Positions 41,739 through 54,871 of a DNA stretch of 64,000 nucleotides are shown here, piece by piece (the stretch's first letter is position 1; the number at the start of each line of letters is the position of its first letter). The notes under the pieces are model-generated. The model made no database searches. It was not told the DNA's origin and saw only the letters and a program-made list of their open reading frames with translations. The stretch spans positions 15,190,001 to 15,254,000 of the forward strand of contig JAQFVV010000003.1 of NCBI GenBank assembly GCA_028023455.1. Reading direction: 5' to 3'. A program made the position numbers and the translations under genes. This DNA is from Epiperipatus broadwayi (taxonomy: Eukaryota > Animalia > Onychophora).

Positions 41739-41836
41739 TTTTTTTTTCCATATGTCAAATACGTTGACTGGGAAGCGAATCCGGGCCAGCTGCTTGGAAG
41801 GCAGCTATGGTAACTGCTAGGCCATTAACGCTTGAC
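41739..41836 (-). tRNA. tRNA-Gly(TCC)-like copy (41760-41831), probably a retroposed pseudogene
   Basis: GCGTTAATGGCCTAGCAGTTACCATAGCTGCCTTCCAAGCAGCTGGCCCGGATTCGCTTCCCAGTCAACGTA is 72 nt with a perfect anticodon arm GCTGC-CTTCCAA-GCAGC. D-loop GG, G53 and A58 are lost. It is followed by TTTGACATATGG + A9. Confidence 0.8.
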
Positions 41837-42049
41837 TAATTTTATTGTTATTCATAATTGAGGATACCAATTCAATATTTCCTGTTCCCTGGAAATGTTT
41901 TTAACAATTGATACTTCAATACCTAACTCCTTAAACCACTCTCTGCCGATTTTTGGAGTGTTTGTCTTTTAACAATATATATAGGCAAATAGCATACTTT
42001 ATTTCTATATGAAATTGGAACTTCTGCCATTCCAACTAACATTAGTGAG

Positions 42050-43100
42050 TTTTTACTTACCTTTTTAACTTTTATCTCAGACATTTTTAATTCTAACATT
42101 ATTATAACCTTTTGCTACTTTCTTCCATTGCCTTTTGGATACCAATGAAATACCTGAACCACTAGCAATCTGATTTCAAGTTCTGTGCTACATATTTTAA
42201 ATGTTAGCATATATTGATTTTGCCACTGTGAAATCATACTCTTTTTTAATATTAACTTCATCTTGTTTACTTCCCCTTCATTTGGTTATTTCACTTTTAT
42301 ATTTTGGCTTGGGTTTTTTAAAAACTGCTGCTAAATGCCTTCTATTGCTGCAATTAAAACAGCTTTCTCTGTGTCATTTACAATTCTTAAAGAAATATCT
42401 GTTTTCCTACATCAAAAACATTTCCTTAAAGATATTGTTTCACTTCTTGATTTATTATTTATCTGCAGCCTACTTTTACTCATTTTATAAACTGCTGCTC
42501 TGCCCTCCTTGTCAGCTTTACTTCTAAAAGTGAGAGCTTGCTCAATAATTAACACATACATGATCCCATTTTTGAGGGCTAATTCATAAGACAAACTCGA
42601 TTTCAGTCAATAAGATTTGTCTTAACCTTTCATATGCCATTCCACATAACAATTGGTCCAACAAAACTTGTTCAATAAATTCCCCATATTGATAGTTTTT
42701 TACTAACTACCATAACACTATGTCAAAATCTTTTATTTTTTCATCTTTCAACTATCTTCTATTATGGAGTGTCAATCTTGCGACATGCATAGATGTCTGC
42801 AGGCTAAAATACTCTGTTAATTTATTAACTATCATCTCCTAACTTACTGCCTCTATTACAGGTCTGTCAAATAACTTAAATTAACTTCCTTCCTGCCAAA
42901 CACAGCAAGGCTGCCACCTTTCTACTATTATCACTTATGTCATTAAGCATAAAAAAAAATTCAAGTTGAGTCACATGCAACAAACATTCCATTGCATTCT
43001 CTACATCAAATTCAGAAATACTTTCTTGAGCTATCAACATTTTACCAATCAATCAAAATGTAGATCTATCCTATTGCTTCACATTTCTAATCCTGTTTGT
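42050..43100 (-). mobile_element. Ty3/Gypsy gag remnant
   Basis: FFMLNDISDNSRKVAALLCLAG, YQYGEFIEQVLLDQLLCGMAYERLRQILLTE, SYELAL, and a decayed CCHC knuckle (RKCF*CRK). Confidence 0.75.
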
Positions 43101-43268
43101 ACTTTCCCTGTCTAGGTTTTAATTTAGACTGCACTACTTTGTTGTATATTTACCCATGAATTGCATAAGGCAAACCACAATTAATTAATAACTAAAAGTA
43201 AATTTAGAATTAAAGATTTCTTACAATTAATACAACACAAAACTAGAAAATATACAAGATCAATTATA

Positions 43269-43529
<261 letters not shown>

Positions 43530-44095
43530 ACTTTACAACATATAATTTTCAACTGCAGGGCCTTGGAGCAGACTAGATGCATTTTGCAGGGCAAATACAG
43601 GAAAAAAATACTACAATGATGCAAATTATATCAAATTACAAAGGTAGATCTATACCAGACATAAGGGCCTCAACGTTTGTTTTATATGCACTTTGGTGCA
43701 CTAGGTGTGTATTCATATTGGGTAATAACCCCAGAAGGCATCCAGCCACATTTGAAAATAAGTTGAATAAAATTCAAGTTAGGGACAAGCAGATCACCAG
43801 CCCAGATATTTATGCAGCTACTTGGTCCCTGCTCAGGCAAATAGCAAAGCTATAAAAAACAAAATTAAAGAAAGCATGGTCCTGATTATGCTCCTTTTGG
43901 ACAATAATATGATTAATTAACATTGATAAAGTGGATAGAATCATGTAAAATTACCTGTACAGATATGTACTTTTAAAAAAATGAATATTGTAGACTTGAA
44001 ATTGAACTAACAATAATAAGATTCAACATGTATCTTGCTATGGCATTATAATACATTGTAACTATTGGATCAATAAAGTTTACTATTGTTGAAAC

Positions 44096-44196
<101 letters not shown>

Positions 44197-44340
44197 TGAA
44201 ACACAGGCTTATTATATACCTGTGTCTATATATGTAATATAGGGTATATGAGCACAGACTTTCAGATGACACATCACTCTCCACTCTATCTAATATCACT
44301 GATACACTCAAGCACATATATGCTGAAAAGATAAATAATC

Positions 44341-44384
44341 ACCAATATACGTATTTCATGCTAAACCAGCAATCATCAGTTGGT
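44341..44384 (-). ncRNA. Type I hammerhead ribozyme (left arm)
   Basis: Exact reverse complement of 44794-44837. Confidence 0.8.
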
Positions 44385-44793
44385 CCAGATTATCATCCCC
44401 CACACATATATACTATAAGTGCTCAGATATATATTAAGATAGACAATCTTCATACTTTAATGGACAGGCTCCAATCTACTACACCCTCCAACTCCTCAAC
44501 CGTCCATCCAATTGAAAATCTGATGATGGAATGCCCATCCTTGCCCATGTATTAAATGGATTATGTCCTATACATGTGGGGTTCAGATTGACCTTAGGTC
44601 AACACGGGTGTGACAAGAATCTCGGCCTCAGGGTGGCCTTTGAGCATTCCATCATCAGATTTTCAATTGTATGGACGGTTGAGGAGTTGGAGGGTGTAGT
44701 AGATTGGAGCCTGTCCATTAAAGTATGAAGATTGTCTATCTTAATATATATCTGAGCACTTATAGTATATATGTGTGGGGGATGATAATCTGG

Positions 44794-44837
44794 ACCAACT
44801 GATGATTGCTGGTTTAGCATGAAATACGTATATTGGT
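44794..44837 (+). ncRNA. Type I hammerhead ribozyme (right arm)
   Basis: ACCAA (stem I) CTGATGA T-TGCT-GGTTT-AGCA-T (stem II) GAA-ATACGTAT (palindromic stem III) A| TTGGT (stem I'). Predicted cleavage after A44832 (AUA). Confidence 0.8.
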
Positions 44838-45919
44838 GATTATTTATCTTTTCAGCATATATGTGCTTGAGTGTATCAGTGATATTAGATAGAGTGGAGA
44901 ATAATGGGTCATCTGAAAGTCTGTGCTCATATACCCTATATTAAATAATAATAATAATAATAATAAATGCTCCCAGAGTTCTTAAACACTTTTTAAATAT
45001 AATCTGACAATTACTGTCTCATAATCACAATGACTTCTTCATAATTAGGCCTACAAAAAAACAAAATGATGATCAGCTTTAAATCTAGTGAGATTTTAAT
45101 ACCTTCAGATTCTGAAACACCTGGGCTTATTCTCTTGCAGACATGTGGTTATGATGATACTCATTGCACCCAAAACATTTCACCAACACAAAGTAGGAAA
45201 AAGAGCAAAAGACACTTAACTCTACAATCCTGAGTTTTTATAGTCTTCAGATCATTTGTTCTCTTATCTGCAATTTTCCATTACTTAAAATTCCTTTGTG
45301 AAAGCATTTATTTAATTTCACTTTCTGAATCTACTATTTCCATTAAGATTTTATCTTTACTAATCTGTTCAACATTTGCACTCCCATTCTTTTCATTAAG
45401 CCTGTTGAAACCTTTTAATACCAGAACTAATCATTTTCATTCCTAAAAGTTTTCATTACCATTAATTACTACTTTATTTAACTTAAACTTCTGGAGTATT
45501 CTTATCGATCGTTTTTATCTACAATATTTCTTGCACTTAAAATATTACAGTTGGATGTGATACTATCTCACCTAATTTTATTTACACCATACTGTTGTTG
45601 GATTGGGCATGTGAAATGAATGAATAGCAAAAGATTTAATAAAAATACTTTATGATGAACTTAATTATAGATTTTATAAAGAAGCAAATCCAATTTACAT
45701 TACAAAGATTATCTCAAAAAGACTCTGAAAAAAGAGCAATATGGATTGTTTTCATCAGAAAGATATAACAGCATAAAATATAAGGCACATTTGTAACTAA
45801 ATAAGATAGTGAAGTATTTTTAAAATGAATTTTTGCTGCAGAAATTAAAGATCATCATAATAATATAACAAACTCACTAAAGAACAAATACAGATTAATT
45901 AGTATAGTCCACACAAATC

Positions 45920-48900
45920 ATACTTCATCTTACCATCTAATAATGGGCCACACTAGATCCCTTTTTATCTAGATCAGACTAAACATTCATTACCATGAAC
46001 CTATGCATATGCAGATAGATAATGCATAACCAATGGCAATATCAGGCCAAAAAGGATGATACTCACTGTATCTGTTTCCATTAAGGATGGGAGCTGGCAG
46101 TGAATAAACAGTGTCTTTAAAGGTAGGGGCAAAGAACTACTGTCACAAATCTGACAGAATTCACATTCTCCATACATGTTCTGTAGAGAACTTTCTCCAG
46201 ACAATTGCAGTTAAGTTAAACAGCTGACCCAGTGAAGCAAGTCTATATTCAGGATTGGAATCTGCTAGGAACACATATTTGCATGAAGCAAGCTGTCATA
46301 ATACAGCTGGAAAAGTCATTGAATATACTCATGAAGCATGCTTGCAAATGTAAAGCTGGAAGTGGTAGGAAATTTATATAGGCAATTGCAGTCCCTTCTT
46401 CTGTAGTTCATCCAAAACTAGGAGCTATATCTCACCAACAATAGTAGTCAGAGTATAATTATTGTAAATATATGTTTGTATTTATATGAGTTTGTGATTA
46501 TTGAATCATATATATATATATATACTGTCCAAACAACAGATTTGGCCAGTTGACAAAATAAAAACATTTTTTCCCAATAGCTGATGATGAAGGGAAAGTT
46601 TAAAATCACAAAATCTTGCCCCCCACAGATCATTAAATTTTGTCATTAATCAAAAAAAAATTGACCACAAATATTATTAGTGTATAGATAAAAAAATATT
46701 TTAGAATCAAATGAGAGTGGTTACTCTTATTAATAAAGACGAAAACTCCACTTCAGTGGGTTGTTAAATTTTCCCTTGAATCAAAGATTGATAGTCATAC
46801 AAACAATAGCTTGTCAAGTAAAGGCTAAAAATGAATTTCACCTAATTATTCTCTTAAATAAAAGTAAAACTTTTTCTCTCAGATTATAAAAAGAGAAAAA
46901 ATAAAATGGCTAAAACTGGCTCAATTGAAGAATTTGATCTGGCCTGTTCAGATAATTTAATCTTCTATTCACAGGCTAATCAAATAAAAAAACCTGAATT
47001 AAAATTAACCACACTCATGTCTGTGATAAATTTATCATATTTATGAGATTTTAAAAGTCCAAACAATTCCTAAGGGCCTGGCTGACATTGATTTTAACAA
47101 AGCATTGTCTCTTTTCACTAACTTTTTTACTCCAAAACCATTAACAATAATACAGAGATATCATTTCAATATTTGTGCAGGTAAATGGGAAAAGCTACAG
47201 ATTTTGGTACTAACTTTAAAAAAAAATGGCTTTAAAATGCAATTTCAAAGACTTCCTCAATGAAGCTCTGTGAGATCATTTTATGTATGGATTGAGAGAA
47301 CACAGTCTCAGCATCAGGCTGCTAATAGATCCTGACAATATTGGATTCTGCTGTCTCAAGCTATTCTTGTGGAATCAACAGCTAGTCAAACAAGTCCATT
47401 GAAGAAAATAAACTATAGCATTATAAACTGTTGTTCTGAAAACTAAGTCAATCAAACAACCAGTTGACAGTAAAAGTCACTGCTCACATAAATCAACAAC
47501 AATAAGTGTGAAGCATTGTTATACATGTGATCTATTGATACATGCACACACTGAATATTGACCATCATTATACAGAGTGTACATATTGCAAGTGTGTTAT
47601 CTACAACAAAAAGAAGGTAAAACTGACTTATAGCAGTCTCGACACTTCACCCTCTATTTTTAAAAAACTTAACTACTTTTTTTTGGCCTACTAACTGTAT
47701 CCATAATCAGTGTATGTAACTATATCTAAGTATAAATTTTAATAAAAAAAAATTTAAAAAAACGTACATTTTCATGCATAGTTTTCACTTTTAGCGGTCT
47801 TTGCTGTATATATAACTAAATAAATAAACCAAATGTATCCAACTTTAATCAGTTTATCTAACAATAAATAAACTATGTCTAAATATAAATATTAATAAAA
47901 AAAATGTAATAAAACTTACATTTTTATGCGTACTTTTCACTTGGAATGTATATCTAGTGGTCTTTACTGTATATATAACTATAAACAAATAAAGTATATT
48001 AACTATAAATTTTTTTACATAAAGATGAATAAATTTAAAAAAATGAACTTACATTTTCTGCAGGCAAGGATCCATGTTTCGAACTACGTTATTCTCACTA
48101 TGTAATTGCAAAGTATATCTAACTATAAATGTATTTTTTACATGAAGATTAATAAATAAAATCTAATAAAACTTACAGTTTTATGCTCTATGTAGAGATA
48201 TGGGATGGCAAAAGTGTGACCAAAAAAGTCACTACTGTCAAAATTAGGAACTACTTTTGTCACGTGTAATTCCTCCCCCACCGTCCATTTACTTTTTTGC
48301 CGAAAAAAGATTCAAATCAATGTTAAAAATAAGTATGTCAAATTGTGAACAACTGTTTTAACATTGATTTGAATCTTTTTTTGGCAAAAAAGTAAATGGA
48401 TGGTGGGGGAGGGGGGGGAATTACACGCAGAAAAAATTACACGTGACAAAAGTAGTTCCTAATTTTGACAGTAGTGACTTTTTTGGTCACACTTTTGCCA
48501 TCCCATATCTTTACATAGAGCATAAAACTGTAAGTTTTATTAGATTTTATTTATTAATCTTCATGTAAAAATACATTTATAGTTAGATATACTTTGCAAT
48601 TACATAGTGAGAATAATGTAGTTCGAAACACGGATTCTGCCTGCAGGAAATGTAAGTTCATTTTTTATTTATTTATTCATCTTTATGTAAAAACATTTAT
48701 AGTTAATATACTTTATTTATTTATAGTTATATATACAGTAAAGACCGCTAGATATACATTCCAAGTGAAAAGTACACATAAAAATATAAGTTTTATTACA
48801 TTTTTTTAAATTAATATTTATATTTAGATATAGTTTATTTATTGTTAGATAAACTAATTAAAGTTGGATACATTTGGTTTATTTATTTAGTTATATATAC

Positions 48901-50683
48901 AGCAAAGACCACTAGAAGTGAAAACTATGCATGAAAATGTAAGTTTTTTTAAATTTTTTTATTATTAACATTTATACTTAGATATAGTTACATACACTGA
49001 TTAAAGTTGGATACAGTTAATAGGCAAAAAAAAAGTAGTTACGTTTTTTAAAAATAGAGGGCGAAGTGTCAAGACTGCTATAAGTCAGTTTTACCCAAAA
49101 AGAACAAGTTTCTAATAACAGAATGGATAAGTCCAACCCAAAGAGACAGAAAGACAATTTAAAATCTAAGGAACAAAATGCCTGTATAAACAATGTAAGA
49201 GGCATTGACTTTGCTTTTAAATGCAAAATACTTATTAATTATATGCCTGTAATGATGGAACTGGGCACTGGGTGTGAATATCTACTGTGTCAAAGAAGAC
49301 ATGGACTACTATTAATAACAATAATAAATATCAGCTGCATCCTAGAAGCAAAACAATTATGACTTACTCTTGGGTCAGGCAAGAATTAAGGTTACAATGA
49401 CCAATAAAACTACATATCTGCCTTTTGTTGTGCAATTTTATTGATATGGCTGATTCACTCATTCAGGTTTTATAGTGAATAAATGATCTACACAAAAGTA
49501 GTGATTAATAATATGGATTTGAAGCCTAAAATGAAGCTCAAAACTAAAAGTGCAAAAAAGTGGATAGGCATTTCTGAATTATGCCTTATGTTTAAGGGAA
49601 GCACTAAATGGGTTCCAGCAGTAGTGATTGAACTGAAGGGATCACAAACAGTGGCAGTTTAAACTATTAATGAACAAGAATATCATCATCACAGAAACCA
49701 ACTAAGGGTTAAATTATACATCACCAGCTAGAGCTTCATCAGATGATAAAGAGTTGCAAGCCAACAGTGCCGAGTCATCAGCTAGCTGTGATGAAACTAT
49801 AATTTCAATATCTCTGAATGATGGCCCTGGATCTGCCAAGATCACCAACTAAAATAAAATTACTATGCAAAGAAGATGCCTACCAACATACCTCCATGAC
49901 TACATTCTCAATAGTTAGTTTTAGTGGGGATGCCATTTCTCACCTTATCTTCAAATGATGGATAAGTTCCATTTTTTTTTCTAGATCAGATTGGGCATTC
50001 ATTGCCATGAACCTATGCATATAAAGATAGATAATGCATAACCAATGGCAAGAATGGACCATTAGGTGATAATGTTCACTGAATCTGAATGTTTCATTAA
50101 GGATGGGGATCTAGCAATAAATAGTCAGTCTTTTTGAAGGTAGAGTCAGAGAACTACTGTTACATGATTGAAAGACAGAATTCACATTCTCCATACATGT
50201 TCTGCAGAGAAATACTGTCAAAGCTGAACTGTAGTATATACATTCCCCAAAGGACTACAATCAAATCTGAAAGAGAGTATATACATTCTTGAGGCAATAA
50301 CTCTTAAGTTAAATGGTTAATGCAGTAAGGCAAGTCCATGTTCAGAACTGGAATCTGTTAGAACTACATAAGAGGCAAACTGTTACAGTACAGTTAGAAG
50401 TGTCATCGACTCCTTCATGAGGTAGACTGGCCAAAATACAGCTGAAATTGGTAGGAAACTTGTAAGAGTAATTGCAATCCCTTCTTTAAAGTTCTCAGAA
50501 CTAGGAGCTATACCTCACCAAAAATATCAGGCAGAATATTGTTATTGTAAATATGTGTATATTTGTTTTCATATTCTGTAATAAATATTAGAAACATATT
50601 GACACATGTTGTTTACATTTACATTTATTTGTATTTACACAAGTTTGTGATTATTAAATTATGTATATAATTCAGACAAAACA
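45920..50683 (+). mobile_element. Old Ty3/Gypsy LTR retrotransposon with two diverged LTRs and RT/RNase H deleted
   Basis: Direct repeats ~45920-46538 and ~49931-50683. PBS-like TGGCCAG after ..AACA at 46543. Gag CNFKDFLNEAL*DHFMYGLRE..RLLIDPD (47225-47340), CCHC remnants, protease PVMMELGTG (49245-49270), integrase C-terminus FKGSTKWVPAVVIE..HHHRNQLR and PTYLHDY, PPT tagtgggga at ~49922. Confidence 0.8.
47616..49095. mobile_element. 1480-bp fold-back non-autonomous DNA transposon (MULE- or Merlin-like)
   Basis: Near-complete palindrome starting GGTAAAACTGACTTATAGCAGTC and ending GACTGCTATAAGTCAGTTTTACC. 27-bp spacer at 48329-48355, internal subrepeats, perfect 9-bp TSD caaaaagaa (47607-47615 and 49096-49104). 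Confidence 0.9.
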
Positions 50684-53600
50684 TAATAATTTATTTGTTT
50701 TTATTTATTTTTTCTGGAACTTTAATGGCAGTATTCATTTATGAATAGCTGATAAAAAAGTAACTGAATGAATGAATGAATGAGATCATATATAATTAAT
50801 AACATTAACCAAAATACTATTTGTTTAACATAAAATAATACTTTTATCAATGAAAAGCTCTCAAATCTTGACTTATAAACTTAACATAGAATAATTTAAT
50901 CTGATTTCATATAAATGCGTAATCTATGTAGCATATTTACATTTAACAAAGTATTAAAATCATGTTAAATACATTAAATTCATCCTCTGTGCATATACTT
51001 AAATTTACTCAGTAGTTCATTCAGTTTTCATAATTTGTTTCAATGTGCGTGCATAATAAAAAAAATGTTTGGTTTAATTAATTTTGGCAGTAATTTATTT
51101 ATATATATTTTTAATAATATTTTTTAAAAAATCAAGAATTAGAGATTTTTTAAATAGACATCATAATATTATAAGCTCAACTCTTATGAGAATTAGCGAC
51201 TGGGGCTTTCGGTTCGACAAAAGTTATCTGCGACCTTTATAAATTTTCTAGATTTGAATGGCCTAGTGGTGCCCTGGTATGGCAGATAGTATTGTGAGGT
51301 TGAGTCATACCATTATAATATATATATAGTAACCCAAATAAAATAGGAAATAAATACATAACTGGCAAATTGTAACCTAAATAAATAACCAATAAAACAA
51401 GAGTTAAAAATCAATATATTTATATATAAACTAAGCTCAGTGGATTTCAAATATGCCATATGCCACAATAATAAAAGAAAAGGGGTAAATAATTGGAAAA
51501 ATTATCATTAAGATAAAAGGCAATATTAATAACTTAAGACCAGGAGAATTCTCACACTCATTCTTATAAAAGAAAAGACTCTTAATATTGTAAGCATATG
51601 TCATTAAAGGTTATATTAAAATTATTCTCTTCACAATATTACTACCACACTTATTATAAATCTTTTAAGCATTTTATTGCCATGATCAGAGAAAACATTT
51701 GATTTATAAAATATGACCATATTTTCTTAAATATTTGAAAATAATTTCTTCTTTAGTAAGATGATTTCTTTAATAAGATGGTTTATAAATAAATTGGTAT
51801 CTCTGGGTAAATTTATAACTCTTACAGATTGTTTAGGAAAAAATGAAATCCTAGTAATAAGAACAGTGAGGCATATTTTTACTCTGAAGATAACGTCTCC
51901 CACAATTATGATAATAATAATAGCATTAATATTTTAAATAAACATGACAAACTCTTAATTTAGAATAAAATAAAATAAAAATAATCTACTAGTATAACAT
52001 AATTCTATGATTTAAATTTATGATAGAATAGGAGGATAATATTATAAATATGGAAAATATTTTAAAATATGCACAGTGATTTTTAATAAACAAATAAAAT
52101 TGTCTAAGTGATCTTGAATGATAAATATGCAATTATGATTCTTATTAAGCAAAATAATCTTTTTCTTAGCGGTAATTCTAATATTTTAGATGCAATTTCA
52201 ATAAAGTGACTCTTATGCCAAAGTTTTAATATCTATGTACTCTTAATGCATAAAGATTTAAAATAATTTATAATACTCTTATGTTTTTATTAGATTTCTG
52301 AATAATGAGTTGATGATGTGGAAAAATTATTATAAGAAGACTTAATTAACAAATGAAACATTTATTTTCACATTAAACAGAGAACAAACAACAAATCTGA
52401 CATATCTTCAAATGTTTTTAAACAAAACTTTTACAGAGAAGTTTCTTTTTTTTATATATCAGAAAAATTACAACTTACAAGGTTATTATGCAAATTTACA
52501 AAATAAATAAATAAATAAAAGAATAAAAAATATTAATATGGCTTGTCCATAAATTTTCTATAAATTTGAATATGACTATGTTCTCACACTTACATAACAT
52601 TTGTATTATTGGACTGAATTTTATGAATATTTAATACAATTTAAAATTGTAAGCTTACCAATCCAGCGACAATATGAATATTAAAGAAGATGTATATTGT
52701 TATTTTCTACCAAAACATAACTTAAAATTTTAAATCTTTATTATTTGTTGAGTTTACATCCTAAGTATGAACAAAGCATAACTATGGGACTTTCACATCA
52801 ACAATATAACTTATATTCAGATAAACTAGGAGTGTAACAAAATATAAGAGTGACATTCCTTAAAACCTGATGACAAACATATCAATTGCCAAAATAAAAT
52901 CATGGTAATATATTACCCATGATTTTACACAAAATACACTATCAACAAAATACATCCACATTTGGATGACAAAGTAAAGTCAAAGTGAAAATTTGATAGC
53001 ATGAACTCACAAATAAACGCACTTATTTTTGAGGGCAGTAAATAAATGAACTAGGTCTTAATTTCTTAGCATGAAGCAATGAGAATGAACTATCAGGGAA
53101 CACCAGTGATAACTGGATTTGCCTTAAACAAAGCACTACATGCTTTAATATAATAAAGAGTGATCAAAATACATTTGAAAATATCATAACAACATAGAGA
53201 GAGTCTAAGCCAAGTCTCCTAAACTATACTGGTAAGATAAACATTCTTAGAAAATAAGAGAGACTAAGCTAAATCTCCTAAAGAAATACAATAACTAACA
53301 GATATGTAAAAATGATAAATAAATAATTAATGCTAAGTCTAGCTTATCAAGTAAAATAAACAATAAAAATATACATCTACTCATACTTTTAAATTAGCAT
53401 AATTATATACCTCCAATAAGTAAATAAATAATTTATAAGAATTGTATGCATAACATTTTCAAAATATATTACCATCAAATGATAATATTTTGAGAACTTT
53501 TGATAGTATCATTTTTAAAATGAAATACCAAAAGTATACCAAATAATATACATATAAAATAATAACACTCTAAAAAGAAATAGGAATATTAAATTTAAAA

Positions 53601-54750
53601 CTAAACCCTTGTACCAATGATGAATTAAAATAAAAGTTCTTCATCTGTTTTGAACCAGTTTAGCAGGATAAGTTAATAAAGTGTATAAAGGTCTAAAGAT
53701 ACTGAAGATATCCAGTATACAAGAACAAGACATAACTGAGTTGTACAAACAACATTTCACAACTATAATTAAACATAAAATATTTTCAAAAAATTAATGC
53801 TAGTAAGAATGGGTATATGGCCATTTAATTAAGAAACTCTTCCATGGATTAAACAGTAATAATATTTATTTTATAATATAATAAAGTCATTTACTTTTCT
53901 AACGTTTGAAATCATTTTATAAATGACAAGAAGCGGAGAAGTAATTTTTTTCTTGAAAATATCTTTTTATAGTAAAGCAGTTTTCTGAATTAACAAATGA
54001 TGAGAGAGAACAGACTTTTATAATAAATGCAATATAATTCATCTTAATTTTTGAACAATAATAATAAATTCAGGAATGTTTATAAATATTCAATTAATAA
54101 TCCAAAATATCATATTAAAAATATTCAAAAGCACATTATCAGTTTCATAAAATAATGAGTCATTTGTTTTAATTTCAATGGAGCCGAGAAAATATATTTC
54201 TCTACTCAAGTGTGAAATACACATAGTAATTATTTGTAGGAAGTAAAATTACTTTTATACTGCTATCTTGAACAATAATAATTGTTTACTAAAAATAACA
54301 GCATAATAAAATACATGTCCAAATAATAATAATATGTTAAATAAGTTAAATGTTTTTCTTATTAAAGCATATCAGGAATTGAAAGTTTTCCATTTAAAAA
54401 TGAATTAATTCTGAAACAACTTGCTTTAAAAGACAGGCATTTTGAGAAAAACATTAAAAATTAATATTTCCAAAACAGATAAGTAATTAAAGTTATTATC
54501 ATTATGAACAATTTTTTTTTAAAAAAATGTATATTAAAGTAAATTTGAAATATCAGCTAAATTTTATATGAACATTGAAATTAAACCATTAAACATCACA
54601 TAATCACCATTTTTTATGCTTGCTCATAACTGTTATTAAAACAGGCAAAAACTCTCCATGCAATAATGCCACTCAGTGCAAGCCAGAGTAATCAATGGAT
54701 GCCAGAAGGCTCATGAATAAAATCCATATGTAGTGCCTTCTCATCCAATA

Positions 54751-54792
54751 TCCACAGACTAGTTTCTAATTTGTGGCTTTCATCAGTGAGGA
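54751..54792 (-). ncRNA. Type I hammerhead motif, core intact, stem II damaged
   Basis: TCCTCA CTGATGA AAGC CACAA ATTA GAAAC TA GTC| TGTGGA; stem III palindrome ACTAGT. Confidence 0.7.
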
Positions 54793-54829
54793 ACCTAAGA
54801 TCTAGGTGCAGTGCTCTCAAATCCGAGGC

Positions 54830-54871
54830 TCCTCACTGATGAAAGCCACAAGCTAAAAATTAGTCTGGGGA
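54830..54871 (+). ncRNA. Type I hammerhead motif, stems I and II intact, GAAAC mutated
   Basis: TCCTCA CTGATGA A AGC CACAA GCT A AAAAT TA GTC TGGGGA; 6-bp stem I TCCTCA/TGGGGA. Confidence 0.65.

Larger units (their letters stand above)
44235..44943. mobile_element. HHR family 3: 709-bp fold-back (300-bp arms, 109-bp spacer), Penelope-like non-autonomous element
   Basis: Arms 44235-44534 and 44644-44943 are reverse complements with 4 mismatches by eye. Each carries an outward-reading hammerhead. Confidence 0.9.

Noticed and set aside
44515-44660. Inward-reading CTGATGA and GGCC-loop-GGCC-GAGAT..GTC in the palindrome centre as extra hammerheads
   Set aside because: The core halves are not correctly joined and GAAA is absent; at most a very decayed motif.
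44358-44820. Near-identical ORFs MLNQQSSVGPDY... on both strands
   Set aside because: Mirror artefact of the palindrome; no protein motif.
49720-49800. Two minus-strand CTGATGA motifs
   Set aside because: No GAAA/NUH; the region is the coding tail of the Gypsy integrase.
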